From: Nitrospirota bacterium
Lineage (GTDB): Bacteria > Nitrospirota > Thermodesulfovibrionia > Thermodesulfovibrionales > UBA9159
Assembly: GCA_963699545.1 (NCBI GenBank)
Contig: CAVOUE010000012.1
Location: forward strand, 32,001 to 96,000
Direction: 5' to 3'
DNA: 64,000 bases
Shown: positions 12,401 through 23,856 of the stretch, piece after piece
Numbering within the stretch: position 1 is the first letter of the stretch
Layout of the letters: every line of letters starts with the position of its first letter
Notes under the pieces: generated by a model
The model's input: only the letters and a program-made list of their open reading frames with translations
Told to the model about the DNA's origin: nothing
Database searches by the model: none
Program-made: the position numbers and the translations under genes

Positions 12401-12829
12401 TCAGTCAACGATATCGACACCCATGCTCCGTGCGGTGCCGCGGATGATCAGGGCGGCCTCCTCAACAGAATGGGCGTTCAGGTCCGGAAGCTTCGTCTTC
12501 GCAATCTCCATAACCTGGGCAGACGTCAATTTCCCTACCTTTTCCTTGTTGGGCACCCCCGATCCCTTAATGATGCCCGCAGCTTTCTTGATCAATTCCG
12601 ACGCTGGCGGCGTCTTTGTAATGAACGTAAAGGACCTGTCCTGATACACCGTGAGAACAACAGGAATGATGGTGTCACCCATCGCCTGTGTCTGCGCATT
12701 GAACGCCTTACAGAATTCCATTATGTTGACACCGTGGGGACCCAATGCAGGGCCAACGGGGGGCGCCGGATTGGCCTTTCCCGCCGGTATCTGCAACTTA
12801 ACCTGAGCAATCACTTCTTTCTTAGCCAT
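12401..12829 (-). CDS. rplK: 50S ribosomal protein L11
   Basis: [21 protein letters not shown]. Confidence 0.99.
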   Translation of the reverse strand: MAKKEVIAQVKLQIPAGKANPAPPVGPALGPHGVNIMEFCKAFNAQTQAMGDTIIPVVLTVYQDRSFTFITKTPPASELIKKAAGIIKGSGVPNKEKVGKLTSAQVMEIAKTKLPDLNAHSVEEAALIIRGTARSMGVDIVD

Positions 12830-12914
12830 CTAACCCTCCAAAATTAGTGCATAGTGCATAGTTCACAGTTCGCAGTTTCCGTCTATGAACTCTGAGCTAT
12901 GAGTCATGAACGAA

Positions 12915-13439
12915 TTACGCTTTTTCCACCTGGAAGAAATGAAGTTCCACGGGAGTCTGCCTTCCGAAAATACTGACCATCACCTTTAACCTCCCGTGAT
13001 CCATATCCACCTCATCGATATAGCCCAAGAAGTTGGTAAAGGGCCCGTCGATAATCCTGACGGGTTCTGCCTTCTGGAACTGTGTCTTCACCTGAGGCGC
13101 CGGCCCTTTTTCGAGCTGCTGGAGAATGATCTCGACCTCTTCTTCCGGGATGGGTATGGGCTTGGTCCCGCCCACGAAACCGGTGACCCTGGGGGTGCTC
13201 CTCACCAGATGCCATGTCTCGTCATCGAGGTCCATCTCCACAAGGATATATCCGGGATAAAATTTCTTATCGCTCTCCCTCTTTTTCCCGGCCTTCAGTT
13301 CGATGACCTTCTCCGTGGGGATAAGGATCCTTGATATCTTTTCCTTGAGGTCCTTCTTCCCGGCCCTGTCCTCTATGCTGAGCTTCACCTTCTCCTCGAA
13401 GCCCGAATATGTATGCACAACGTACCAGTTTTTCGTCAT
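12915..13439 (-). CDS. nusG: Transcription termination/antitermination factor NusG
   Basis: WYVVHTYSGFE, PGYILVEM, KOW motif, SIFGRQTPVEL. Confidence 0.99.
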   Translation of the reverse strand: MTKNWYVVHTYSGFEEKVKLSIEDRAGKKDLKEKISRILIPTEKVIELKAGKKRESDKKFYPGYILVEMDLDDETWHLVRSTPRVTGFVGGTKPIPIPEEEVEIILQQLEKGPAPQVKTQFQKAEPVRIIDGPFTNFLGYIDEVDMDHGRLKVMVSIFGRQTPVELHFFQVEKA

Positions 13440-13443
13440 TCTC

Positions 13444-13628
13444 CTACCTTAATGCGACCTTCACAATTTTCGAAAGACCGAGGTCCACGACTCCCAGGAA
13501 AAGGGATATTATTATCGAAATGATGATAACAACCCATGTGGAGCCGATGAGTTCTTCCCTGCTGGGATAGACGACCTTCTTGATCTCGATCTTCACTTCT
13601 TGAAGAATTCCTTAATTTTGTTCATCAT
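13444..13628 (-). CDS. secE: Preprotein translocase subunit SecE (1-base deletion near 13602, likely error)
   Basis: Manual translation MMNKIKEFF/KEVKIEIKKVVYPSREELIGSTWVVIIISIIISLFLGVVDLGLSKIVKVALR*; canonical position before nusG. Confidence 0.92.
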
Positions 13629-13675
13629 AACCCTTATTCCCCTCGCTGTTCACGCTCCGCCGTGAACCATTGTAT

Positions 13676-13752
13676 TGGCAGGCCAGGAGGGATTTGAACC
13701 CCCATCCCTCGGATTTGGAGTCCGATGCTCTAGCCGTTAGAGCTACTGGCCT
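13676..13752 (-). tRNA. tRNA-Trp(CCA)
   Basis: AGGCCAGTAGCTC...CTCCAAA...GGTTCAAATCC...GGCCTGCCA cloverleaf with encoded CCA end. Confidence 0.97.
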
Positions 13753-13836
13753 ATTCCTCATTCAGTCCCTGAGTCTCCTGTCCTGAGCCGACAGAAAAGA
13801 CCTCCTGTATCCATGACTGCTGATTATCAACTGTCG

Positions 13837-13989
13837 CTATGCCTTTGTCTCCTTGTGCATCGTGTGACGCCTGCAGGTCCTGCAGTATTTCTTTATCTGT
13901 ATCTTGTCGGTGGTATTCTTCTTGTTCTTCATACTGGAATAATTCCGGTTCTTACATTCCGTGCATTGAAAAAGTATTATATCTCTCAT
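13837..13989 (-). CDS. rpmG: 50S ribosomal protein L33 (Zn-binding type), 50 aa
   Basis: Manual translation [50 protein letters not shown]; below the ORF-track cutoff. Confidence 0.97.
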   Translation of the reverse strand: MRDIILFQCTECKNRNYSSMKNKKNTTDKIQIKKYCRTCRRHTMHKETKA

Positions 13990-13995
13990 GGTCGT

Positions 13996-15200
<1,205 letters not shown>

Positions 15201-15295
15201 CTTCCTCCTTCCTCAATGAAGCACCTAGTACTGTCAGTCTCTGACATTCACCTGCATTACCGATCATCAGCTCGATACCACGCCTGCCACATTCA

Positions 15296-15371
15296 TGGAG
15301 CCCATGACCGGAATCGAACCGGTGACCTCATCCTTACCAAGGATGTGCTCTGCCGACTGAGCTACATGGGC
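15296..15371 (-). tRNA. tRNA-Thr(GGT)
   Basis: GCCCATGTAGCTCAG...CCTTGGTAAGG...GGTTCGATTCC...CCA. Confidence 0.97.
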
Positions 15372-15473
15372 ATTCTCAAGGCAATGAGCAATTAGCTATC
15401 GGCGCTCGGCTTCCAGCTAAGATCGTATTCTTCATTACTGACAGCTACATCGCTGACTGCTGATCACTGTCTC

Positions 15474-15548
15474 TGGAGCGGGAAACGGGATTCGAACCCG
15501 CGACCCTCAGCTTGGAAGGCTGACGCTCTACCACTGAGCTACTCCCGC
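15474..15548 (-). tRNA. tRNA-Gly(TCC)
   Basis: GCGGGAGTAGCTCAG...CCTTCCAAG...GGTTCGAATCCC...CCA. Confidence 0.97.
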
Positions 15549-15654
15549 ACTCATTGCCTGTGCTCAGTTTGTCGAGTTTATTAGCCCGGCGTATACGTGC
15601 CCGCCATACGCCCAAACTCAGAAACAACTCCATCACTTAAACTCTCTCAGCATA

Positions 15655-15739
15655 TGGTGGAGAGGGGAGGATTTGAACCTCCGTAGGCTACGCCAACGGG
15701 TTTACAGCCCGTCCCCTTTGGCCACTCGGGTACCTCTCC
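15655..15739 (-). tRNA. tRNA-Tyr(GTA)
   Basis: GGAGAGGTACCCGAG...GGCTGTAAACC, long variable arm, ...ACCA. Confidence 0.97.
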
Positions 15740-15813
15740 ATCTACTCTCGGGGTTGGGTTGAGGATCGGTTTTTCACCAATCCCAAAATCCTAATCCCTG
15801 CCACCTTCTCAGT

Positions 15814-15889
15814 TGGAGCCACCGAAGGGAATTGAACCCCCGACCCGCTGATTACAAATCAGCTGCTCTGCCAGCTGAGCTACGGTGGC
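15814..15889 (-). tRNA. tRNA-Thr(TGT)
   Basis: GCCACCGTAGCTCAG...GATTTGTAATC...GGTTCAATTCC...CCA. Confidence 0.97.
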
Positions 15890-15929
15890 TTCAAGAGGCA
15901 ATAGTTCACCTCTGAGTCTTTTAATCAAG

Positions 15930-15980
15930 TGATTAATCTAAAAAAACAATTATATAATGGTCAAGCCTGAATTTGCAAGG
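15930..15980 (-). promoter_or_regulatory. Putative sigma70 promoter(s) of the tRNA-tuf operon
   Basis: Minus strand TTGCAA-18nt-TATAAT with an overlapping TTGACC in an AT-rich stretch. Confidence 0.5.
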
Positions 15981-16005
15981 AAAAATTATATTATCACAAG
16001 AATCC

Positions 16006-16758
16006 TTAGAATTTCTTGTTTTTTATAGATGATCTCTGTCTCAAAACCTCAAAGAGAGCTACTCCGGCAGCCACCGATGCATTGAGAGAATTGATCTTCC
16101 CCCTCATCGGGATATTTACAATGGTATCACAATGTTCCTTCACCGTCTTCCTTGCACCCTTCCCTTCGGAGCCGATGACGAGGGCAAGGGGAACGGTGAG
16201 GTCCGCTTCCCACAATGCCGGGTGGTCACCCGCTTCAGAACCGACTACCGTTATTCCCTTTTCTTTCATCTCCCGCATGGCATGCTTGATGTTCGAAACC
16301 ATGGAAACAGGGATATACTCAACTGCTCCCGCAGAGGTTTTTGCTACTTCAGGGCCAAGGCCAGCCGACCTGTGGGACTGGATAATGACACCGTGAACGC
16401 CTGCTGCATCCGATGACCTCAGTATGGCTCCGAAATTCCGAGGGTCTTCTATACCATCAAGGATAACAAACAATGCCGGTTCGTTCCTTTTCGCCGGGAT
16501 CCCGAGGAGTTCGTCAAGACCGATATATTCTTTCCGTACCCCCCTGGCGGCCACCCCCTGATGTCCCCTGGGGAACCTGCGGTCAAAAAAAGTGGGATCA
16601 GGGGTTTCTATAGGAATCCCTCTCCTCGCCGCCTCTCGCCTCACGTGCCCCACCTTTTCATGTCTGCCGGATGAAATATACACCGTCTTTATATCCTTTC
16701 CCGCCGTGAGGGCTTCGAGAACAGGGTTAAGGCCATAAATCCATTCATCGGAATGCAT
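16006..16758 (-). CDS. rlmB: 23S rRNA (G2251-2'-O)-methyltransferase, TrmH family
   Basis: IYGLNPVLEAL, HQGVAA, DPRNFGAILRS, GSEGKG, SLNASVA. Confidence 0.95.
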   Translation of the reverse strand: MHSDEWIYGLNPVLEALTAGKDIKTVYISSGRHEKVGHVRREAARRGIPIETPDPTFFDRRFPRGHQGVAARGVRKEYIGLDELLGIPAKRNEPALFVILDGIEDPRNFGAILRSSDAAGVHGVIIQSHRSAGLGPEVAKTSAGAVEYIPVSMVSNIKHAMREMKEKGITVVGSEAGDHPALWEADLTVPLALVIGSEGKGARKTVKEHCDTIVNIPMRGKINSLNASVAAGVALFEVLRQRSSIKNKKF

Positions 16759-17031
16759 GATCAGTCAGTTTTCCTGCAGCCAGATTGCTCGATTTGCCGG
16801 GCGATAAGCGATTCGGCCTCCAGCAGTGTATAACAGCTTATCAAATAAAGCAAAAATCTGTCAACGGAAAGCAGGAGATGAACTGAATGCGTTCAGCGCA
16901 AAAAAAATCCAGCGGGCATATCAATGCTATCCGTCCCCCTTCATTTTTCCTATTTACATAGTTCCCCATAGAAAGCTATACTAACACGCTATTTTTCTTT
17001 AGCTCATTCGCGAAAAAATTCTTCGCGGATC

Positions 17032-19302
17032 ATGAAGGAGGGACGGATGGTGAGAGTGTTGGCTACGGCGCTGATGTATCTTGCGACTCTCTTGATAGGA
17101 GGCAGCATCGCCATCGCTCAGGAACAGCTCCCTCTCGTGAATTCCATTGAAGTGAAGGGGCTGAAGAGGATCGAAGAGGGCGCCGTAAAATCAAAGATCA
17201 CCCAGAAAGCGGGTGAGCAGCTCTCCAATGAAAAGATCACCGAAGACATTAAGAACATCTTCAAGATGGGATACTTCGACGACGTGAAAACAGAGATCGA
17301 AACACTGGAAGGCGGCATAAAGGTGATCTATATCGTTAAGGAAAAACCCACGGTCATCCGCGTCGAGTTCCAGGGCAATGATGAGGTAAAGGACGATACG
17401 CTGAAGGAGAAGACCACGATAACCGTAGGCGCCATCGCAGATACAACGCTCATCCAGGACAACGCAGGCAAGCTCCAGCTCTATTACGAGGAAGAGGGTT
17501 ACTGGCTCGCGAGGGTCGTCCCGGTGATCAATAAGGTGAGCGAGAACGAAGTTTACCTCACCTATCAGATCGATGAAGGGAAAAAGGTCAGGGTGAGGAA
17601 GATAACCATCGTCGGCAACAAGGTGATCTCGGCAGGAAAGATCACGGGCGCGATGAAGACAAGCACCTGGAAAATTTACTCGTTCATTACGTCGTCAGGA
17701 TACTACAGGAAAGAGACGATGAATGCTGACCTCGAAGCGATAAGAGACGTTTACTTTAATAACGGTTTTGTCAAGGCCGTGATATCTGACCCTGAGATAC
17801 AGCTCGATCCTGACAAGAAAGGCATGAGCATAACCATTCAGGTGTCCGAGGGAGACCAGTACAAGATCTCGGCGGTGACCCTCTCCGGGAATAAGGTTTT
17901 CCCGGAGAAAGAGCTGAGCAGGCTGATAACCTCTGCCCCTGGCCAGGTGTTCAGCAAAGAGAGATTAAGGAAGGACATCTCTTCCATGACGGACCTCTAC
18001 ACGCAGAACGGATATGCGCTGGCAAATGTCTTCCCGGAGATCGTTCCCGATGATGCCACAAAACAGCTCGCCCTGAGCTACAAGGTGGAAGAAGGGGAGA
18101 TGTACCGTATCGGAAGGGTCGAGATATCCGGCAATACAAAGACACGTGATAAGGTCATACGGCGCGAAATACGCATGGACGAAGGCGATATGTTTAACAG
18201 TGCCCTGTTGAAAAGAAGTTACGAGAGACTCAATAACCTTAACTTCTTCGAAGCGGTGGACATGGCCCCGAAGCCGAGATATGAAGAAAAGGTACTGGAC
18301 ATCGACGTCAAGGTGAAGGAAAAGGCCACCGGGTTCCTGAGCGTGGGTGGTGGTTACAGTTCTGTGGACAAGCTCATCGGAATGGTGGATATCACTCAGG
18401 GAAACCTCTTCGGACGCGGGCAGTATCTCAAACTGAGGGGTGAATTGGGCGGTCAGTCACAATTTTATGAATTATCCTTCAAGGACCCGTGGTTCATGGA
18501 CATGCCCATCTCCTTCACTGCTGATCTGTACAGCACACAGAGAGACTACATCGATTACAGCAAGAAAGCGGTCGGTTTCGGATTTGGCTTCGGAAAGGAG
18601 CTCGGCGAATTTTGGGGTGCAAGCATATCGTATAACATCGAAAGGGCGACCATCTACAATGTGAGCGACACCGCCTCCAGCGTCATACGGGAACAGATAG
18701 GCACCGCAACGACCAGCAGCATAACGCCGTCAATAACGAGGGATTCCCGCGATAATTACCTCGACCCTTCAAGAGGGTCGAGAAACTCAGTGTATTTCAC
18801 GTTTGCCGGCCTTGGCGGTGATAATGCCTTTATCAAGACCCTTGGAGACTCAGCATGGTTTTTCCCTGTGGGGAGCACTACCATCGCGCTGAGGGGTCGA
18901 CTTGGATATGCACAGGGGATATTCGACAAGACCCTTCCGCTTTATGAAAGATTCTGTGTAGGAGGAATTTACACCGTGCGAGGACTCGGTTACTGCGAGG
19001 CCGGACCGAAGGACGACCAGGGGGAGCTCATCGGAGGGACAAAGGAGCTCATATTCAACGCGGAGTACATATTCCCCATACTCTCCGAACTGAAGCTCAA
19101 GGGAGTTGTATTCGCCGATGCAGGGAATGCGTATGACTCAGACCAGCCCATCAACCCCGGGAAGCTCCGGTACACCGCAGGCGGAGGGATCCGGTGGATT
19201 TCCCCCATGGGTCCCATAAGGGTTGAATGGGGATATAATTTAAAGAAGCAAGAGGGAGAGAGCTCTAACAAGATCGAATTCACCTTCGGCAGTTTCTTTT
19301 AA
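17032..19302 (+). CDS. bamA: Outer membrane protein assembly factor BamA
   Basis: Signal peptide, POTRA repeats (GNTKTRDKVIRRE), TVRG loop motif, C-terminal Phe. Confidence 0.96.
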   Translation: MKEGRMVRVLATALMYLATLLIGGSIAIAQEQLPLVNSIEVKGLKRIEEGAVKSKITQKAGEQLSNEKITEDIKNIFKMGYFDDVKTEIETLEGGIKVIYIVKEKPTVIRVEFQGNDEVKDDTLKEKTTITVGAIADTTLIQDNAGKLQLYYEEEGYWLARVVPVINKVSENEVYLTYQIDEGKKVRVRKITIVGNKVISAGKITGAMKTSTWKIYSFITSSGYYRKETMNADLEAIRDVYFNNGFVKAVISDPEIQLDPDKKGMSITIQVSEGDQYKISAVTLSGNKVFPEKELSRLITSAPGQVFSKERLRKDISSMTDLYTQNGYALANVFPEIVPDDATKQLALSYKVEEGEMYRIGRVEISGNTKTRDKVIRREIRMDEGDMFNSALLKRSYERLNNLNFFEAVDMAPKPRYEEKVLDIDVKVKEKATGFLSVGGGYSSVDKLIGMVDITQGNLFGRGQYLKLRGELGGQSQFYELSFKDPWFMDMPISFTADLYSTQRDYIDYSKKAVGFGFGFGKELGEFWGASISYNIERATIYNVSDTASSVIREQIGTATTSSITPSITRDSRDNYLDPSRGSRNSVYFTFAGLGGDNAFIKTLGDSAWFFPVGSTTIALRGRLGYAQGIFDKTLPLYERFCVGGIYTVRGLGYCEAGPKDDQGELIGGTKELIFNAEYIFPILSELKLKGVVFADAGNAYDSDQPINPGKLRYTAGGGIRWISPMGPIRVEWGYNLKKQEGESSNKIEFTFGSFF

Positions 19303-19408
19303 GCAAACGGAGAACGTGCTAAGGCCAGCGCCCTCTCTCTGCGGCATCGTCAGGCGCGCCACGTCTTCTGTGCACCACGTGAACATGTGAATATGTGAAA
19401 GGGAGGAT

Positions 19409-19984
19409 ATGATGAGCAAGAAAGCAGCGGTGATGGTTTTTTTTGTGCTCTGTGCAGTGGTTTCTGTTTCGCTTCTGGCGAACGTTGCCTCTGCAGCAGA
19501 GGTCGGAAAGACAGGAGCGGATATCGCGAAGATAGGATATGTTGACCTCAGGGTTGCCCTGAACGAGTCTGATGCAGGCAAAAAGGCAAAGAGCGAGCTT
19601 GAATCCATGATAAAGACGAAGCAGACGAGCATTGACGAGAAAGGGAAATCCATAGAGAAGCTGAAAGGGGACTTCGAAAAGCAGGCTTCCGTGCTCTCCG
19701 GTGAAGCAAGAAAGTCAAAGGAAGAGGAGATCGAGAGACTGGTGAGGGATTACCAGAGGATGGTCCAGGATGCCCAGAACGATGTGAAGAAGAAGGAAAC
19801 CGAAGTCACCGGATCCATCCTCAAAGAGTTACGGGAGGTGGTTGATAAGATCGGTCAGGAGGAAGGATACTCCCTCATCCTGGAGAACGTGGAAGGGATC
19901 ATCCTCTTCTCAAGGAAAGATCTTGATATCACCACTAGGGTAATCAAGAATTTTAACGAGGCAAGGGCCAGGCAAAAGAAATAG
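19409..19984 (+). CDS. skp: OmpH/Skp periplasmic chaperone
   Basis: Signal peptide, KIGYVD, coiled coil, DITTRVI; lies between bamA and lpxD. Confidence 0.92.
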   Translation: MMSKKAAVMVFFVLCAVVSVSLLANVASAAEVGKTGADIAKIGYVDLRVALNESDAGKKAKSELESMIKTKQTSIDEKGKSIEKLKGDFEKQASVLSGEARKSKEEEIERLVRDYQRMVQDAQNDVKKKETEVTGSILKELREVVDKIGQEEGYSLILENVEGIILFSRKDLDITTRVIKNFNEARARQKK

Positions 19985-20085
19985 CAGCCACACGTGAGAA
20001 AGAAAACATTTTTTGTGCACTCCACTCCGGAATCCCCCTTTCCTGAAAGGAGACCAAGGGGGGTTACTTTGCGCGGAATTTCTCT

Positions 20086-21105
20086 GTGAAACTCAAAGAA
20101 CTCGCATTAATGCTCGACGGAGAAGCTGCGGGAGATCCCGAGACAGAGATACGGGGCGCCGCGGGCATCCATGAGGTGAAGGAGGGAGAGGCCACATTCC
20201 TGGCTAATACCAGGTATCTGAGGGAATGTGCAGAGAGCAAGGCGTCCTGCGTCATCGTCAGGAATCTTATCCCGGATATGGGGAAGCCGCAGATCATCGC
20301 AAAAAACCCGCTCTATGCCTTCGCGAGATTACTGGAGCACTTTTATGTCGCGCCTTATAAGTCAGCCGGGATAAGCTCTGCTGCCTTCGTATCCCAAAAG
20401 GCCAGGATAGGGAACAATGTCTCGATCCATTCTTTCGTCTTTATTTCTGATAATGCGGTGGTAGGCGATGACACCGTTCTCTATCCGGGAGTCTTTGTCG
20501 GTGAAGATACGGTCATCGGGAAACAATGCCTCCTCCATCCCAATGTGACGGTTCGCGAGAAGGTACGGATCGGCAATCGCGTGATAATCCATGCCGGTTC
20601 TGTCGTGGGCGCCGACGGTTTCGGCTACGTGATGGAAGACGGCAGACATCACAAGATACCGCAGGTCGGCGGCGTCATTATCGAGGATGATGTGGAGATA
20701 GGAGCAAATGTTACGATCGACAGGGCGACAACAGGGAATACCTTTATCGGGAAGGGCACAAAGATCGACAACCTCGTCCAAATTGCCCACAACGTTCGCA
20801 TCGGGGAGCATTCCATCATCGTTTCCCAGGTGGGAATCGCGGGGAGTACCGAGATAGGGAACTACGTGGTTCTCGGAGGACAGGTGGGAGTGGCTGACCA
20901 TGCGAAGATCGATGACGGCGCTATGGTCGGGGCCCAGTCCGGGGTCTTCGGTCACCTCGAAAAAGGGATCCACTCGGGCAGTCCCACTATCCCGCACAGG
21001 GACTGGCTGAAATCGGTATCGCTTTTTGGGAAACTCCCGGAACTCCACAAGAAGATAAAGGAGCTTGAAGAGAAGATCAAGGTGTTGGAAAGGAGGCAGT
21101 CATGA
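20086..21105 (+). CDS. lpxD: UDP-3-O-acylglucosamine N-acyltransferase
   Basis: Hexapeptide repeats, [18 protein letters not shown]. Confidence 0.97.
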   Translation: MKLKELALMLDGEAAGDPETEIRGAAGIHEVKEGEATFLANTRYLRECAESKASCVIVRNLIPDMGKPQIIAKNPLYAFARLLEHFYVAPYKSAGISSAAFVSQKARIGNNVSIHSFVFISDNAVVGDDTVLYPGVFVGEDTVIGKQCLLHPNVTVREKVRIGNRVIIHAGSVVGADGFGYVMEDGRHHKIPQVGGVIIEDDVEIGANVTIDRATTGNTFIGKGTKIDNLVQIAHNVRIGEHSIIVSQVGIAGSTEIGNYVVLGGQVGVADHAKIDDGAMVGAQSGVFGHLEKGIHSGSPTIPHRDWLKSVSLFGKLPELHKKIKELEEKIKVLERRQS

Positions 21106-21545
21106 TGGATGTAAAAGAGATACAGAAGTTCCTCCCTCACAGGTATCCTTTTCTTCTGGTCGACAGGATACTGGAAATGGAACCCGAAAAAAAAGCCACG
21201 GGCATTAAGAATGTCACGATCAACGAACCGTTCTTTGTGGGCCATTTCCCGGGGAATCCTATAATGCCGGGGGTCCTGATTGTAGAGGCGCTGGCCCAGG
21301 TTGCCGGACTTATGGCCTTTGCTTCAGGCGTGCAGGGTGATACGGTATACTTCATGAGCATAGAGAAGGCAAAGTTCAGAAGACCCGTCGTACCCGGTGA
21401 CCAGCTCAGGCTTGAGATCATCAGGACCCAGCAGAGGGGGAATGTCTGGAAGTTCTCAGGGGTTGCCACGGTGGACGGAAAACTCGCGGCAGAGGCCGAC
21501 TTCACCGCAATGGTTGTGCAGAAAGATCAGGGTGAGGAGTCGTGA
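21102..21545 (+). CDS. fabZ: 3-hydroxyacyl-ACP dehydratase
   Basis: [29 protein letters not shown]. Confidence 0.98.
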   Translation: MMDVKEIQKFLPHRYPFLLVDRILEMEPEKKATGIKNVTINEPFFVGHFPGNPIMPGVLIVEALAQVAGLMAFASGVQGDTVYFMSIEKAKFRRPVVPGDQLRLEIIRTQQRGNVWKFSGVATVDGKLAAEADFTAMVVQKDQGEES

Positions 21546-22324
21546 TGACAACAGAGATCCATTCAACGGCAATTGTCGACAAAGAGGCGCTCATTGATGA
21601 GAATGTATCCATTGGTCCTTTTTGCATAATAGGCAAAGGTGCGCGGATCAGAAAGGGCTCAAGGCTTGTCTCTCACGTGGTCGTGGAAGGGAAAACAGAA
21701 ATTGGTGAAGGATGCCAGATATACCCTTTTGCGAGCATAGGATTTCCCCCTCAGGATATTAAGTACAAAGGTGAGGAAACCGGGGTGAAGATAGGCAACA
21801 ACAATATAATAAGGGAGTATGTGACCATTCACAGGGCGTCAGTTGCTGGACACGGCGTCACCACAATCGGAAACAATAATTTTCTTCTTGCATATGTGCA
21901 TGTCGCACATGACTGCGCGATAGGGAACAATGTCGTACTGGTAAACCTTGCAACACTGGCAGGGCATGTGGTTGTCGAGGACTACGCGTATATCGGGGGC
22001 ATTGTCGCTATCCATCAGTTCACCAGGATCGGAGCGTATGCAATGGTCGGAGGTTTCAGCGGTATTGGTCAGGACATACCGCCATATACAATGGCCTCAG
22101 GACCAAGGGCAAAGCTCTTTGGCCTGAACACGGTGGGCCTTAAAAGGCATGGGTTCACTGACACAACGGTTGCCGAACTAAAAAAGGCATACAAGATACT
22201 CTTCAGGGAAAAACACACATTAAAGGAAGCCATTAAGAAGGTTCAGGCAGACCTGCCCTATACGGATGAGATAAAGCACCTCATTGAGTTCATCGAGAAG
22301 AACAAAAGAGGCATCTGCAGATAA
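21545..22324 (+). CDS. lpxA: Acyl-ACP--UDP-GlcNAc O-acyltransferase
   Basis: Hexapeptide repeats, PQDIKYKGE, HVAHDC, GLNTVGLKR. Confidence 0.97.
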   Translation: MTTEIHSTAIVDKEALIDENVSIGPFCIIGKGARIRKGSRLVSHVVVEGKTEIGEGCQIYPFASIGFPPQDIKYKGEETGVKIGNNNIIREYVTIHRASVAGHGVTTIGNNNFLLAYVHVAHDCAIGNNVVLVNLATLAGHVVVEDYAYIGGIVAIHQFTRIGAYAMVGGFSGIGQDIPPYTMASGPRAKLFGLNTVGLKRHGFTDTTVAELKKAYKILFREKHTLKEAIKKVQADLPYTDEIKHLIEFIEKNKRGICR

Positions 22325-22484
22325 GAAAAGGATTCTGGAGCAAATCCTGATGATAGCGGCCATGAAGAAACATTTGATCGGGGCCTTGGTCACCCCGCCT
22401 TTGGCCTTCATGTAAACTCCTTACCGTCGCTTCGTCATAAATAAGAGTACTGCGACTATTCCACATTTTTGAGGGGCTGACGCC

Positions 22485-23350
22485 ATGAACTCAGCTATGA
22501 AAGACAAAGGCAAAGGCAAAGGCAAAGGCAAAGATGCGAAAGTCATCGGACTCATCGCAGGTATGGGCGAATTGCCGAAAGCCGTCGCCTCTGAAGCAAG
22601 GGACAAGGGCTTTCATGTCGTTGCCGTCGCCCTCGAACACCTCGCCGACAAGAAACTGGCATCCCATGTTGACGAAATAAAGTGGGTAAATGTGGGCAAA
22701 CTGGGCACGATCATAGAATCCCTGAAGCGCTCCGGTGTTGAACGGGCGGTCATGGCGGGGAAGGTCCCCAAGGCCCTCCTTTACAAGGGCAATATCACCC
22801 CGGACCTCAGGGCAATGAAACTCCTTTTCACCCTGAGGGACAAAAGCGATGATTCTATACTCCTTGCTATCACGAAAGAACTTGAAAAAGACGGCATCAC
22901 GCTTTTGAACACCACCGATTTCTGCCAGAGCATGCTCACGCCTGAAGGACTGTTGACGGAGGAAGGCCTCACGGAGGATGAATGGAAGGATGTCAGGTTC
23001 GGGTGGAAGATCGCCAGGGAGATGGGACGGCTGGATATCGGGCAGACCGTTGTGGTAAAAGGACAGGCGGTGATGGCGGTGGAAGCCATAGAGGGAACCG
23101 ACGAGGCGATAAAACGAGGGGGATCTACGCCCGGGAGGGTGCGGTCGTAGTGAAGGTCAGCAAGCCGTTTCAGGACATGAGATTCGACGTCCCTGTGGTG
23201 GGTCTCGATACGCTGATGGCCATGGTCGAGGTAAAGGCGAGGGTCCTGGCGCTGGAAGCAAGGAAGAGCATAGTGCTCCAGAAGAAACGCTTTCTGAAGG
23301 AGGCTGAAGAGGCGGGGATATCAGTCGTGGGGTTCCTCGGCGAGTGCTGA
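22485..23350 (+). CDS. lpxI: UDP-2,3-diacylglucosamine diphosphatase LpxI (frameshift near 23130)
   Basis: IGLIAGMGELP, DIGQTVVV, AVEAIEGTD, then KPFQDMRFDVPVVG in the next frame. Confidence 0.9.
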
Positions 23351-23408
23351 TATCGGCTTGATTAAATACGGCAAAATGTTTAGTATATTAGATTAAATTT
23401 CTGGAGGT

Positions 23409-23747
23409 GTGATTATGTTTTCAGATATCGCCTATGCAATGGGGCCGGCACCACAGGCCGGACAGGGAGGAGCAGGTTCCATGCTCACCAGTTTTCTTCC
23501 CCTCATCCTGATATTCGTCATCTTCTATTTTCTCCTCATCAGACCTCAGCAGAAGAGGGCAAAGGAGCACCGGCAGATGTTGGAGAACATTAAGAAGGGT
23601 GATAAGGTGATCACGTCGGGAGGAGTATACGCCGTTGTCGAAAGCGTTGGAACAAATACCGTTGTGCTGAAGATCGCCGAGAATGTGAAGGTCAAATTCG
23701 GGAAGGGAAACATTGCTGCCGTCAGGCCTCCGTCTGAGGAAGACTGA
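23409..23747 (+). CDS. yajC: Preprotein translocase subunit YajC
   Basis: FYFLLIRPQQKR, KGDKVITSGG. Confidence 0.97.
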   Translation: MIMFSDIAYAMGPAPQAGQGGAGSMLTSFLPLILIFVIFYFLLIRPQQKRAKEHRQMLENIKKGDKVITSGGVYAVVESVGTNTVVLKIAENVKVKFGKGNIAAVRPPSEED

Positions 23748-23856
23748 TCCCGGACCGCATATCGGCGCGCATGAGGAAGGCTGAACACGTCCTCGGCTGC
23801 GAATTCAATCTTTTCATAAATACCATCAGAATGGTTCAGGAGGTTATGGATACGCA

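Noticed and set aside
15296-15889. tRNA genes as an integration site for a prophage or island
   Set aside because: No duplicated tRNA 3' end or adjacent integrase is present, and the cluster has the standard order upstream of tuf.
18950-19000. Unusual Cys pair in BamA loop 6 (RFCVGG, GYCEAG)
   Set aside because: Each Cys is one base from the usual Tyr/Gly codon and the assembly is error-prone, so it cannot be supported without reads.
20025-20066. CCCCCTTT...AAGGGGGG palindrome between skp and lpxD
   Set aside because: A single degenerate copy; it cannot be distinguished from an ordinary intergenic hairpin.
22505-22533. AAAGGC x4 microsatellite (KGKGKGK) at the lpxI 5' end as a phase-variation switch
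   Set aside because: The unit is a multiple of 3, so copy changes would not shift the frame. It is probably a neutral low-complexity extension.
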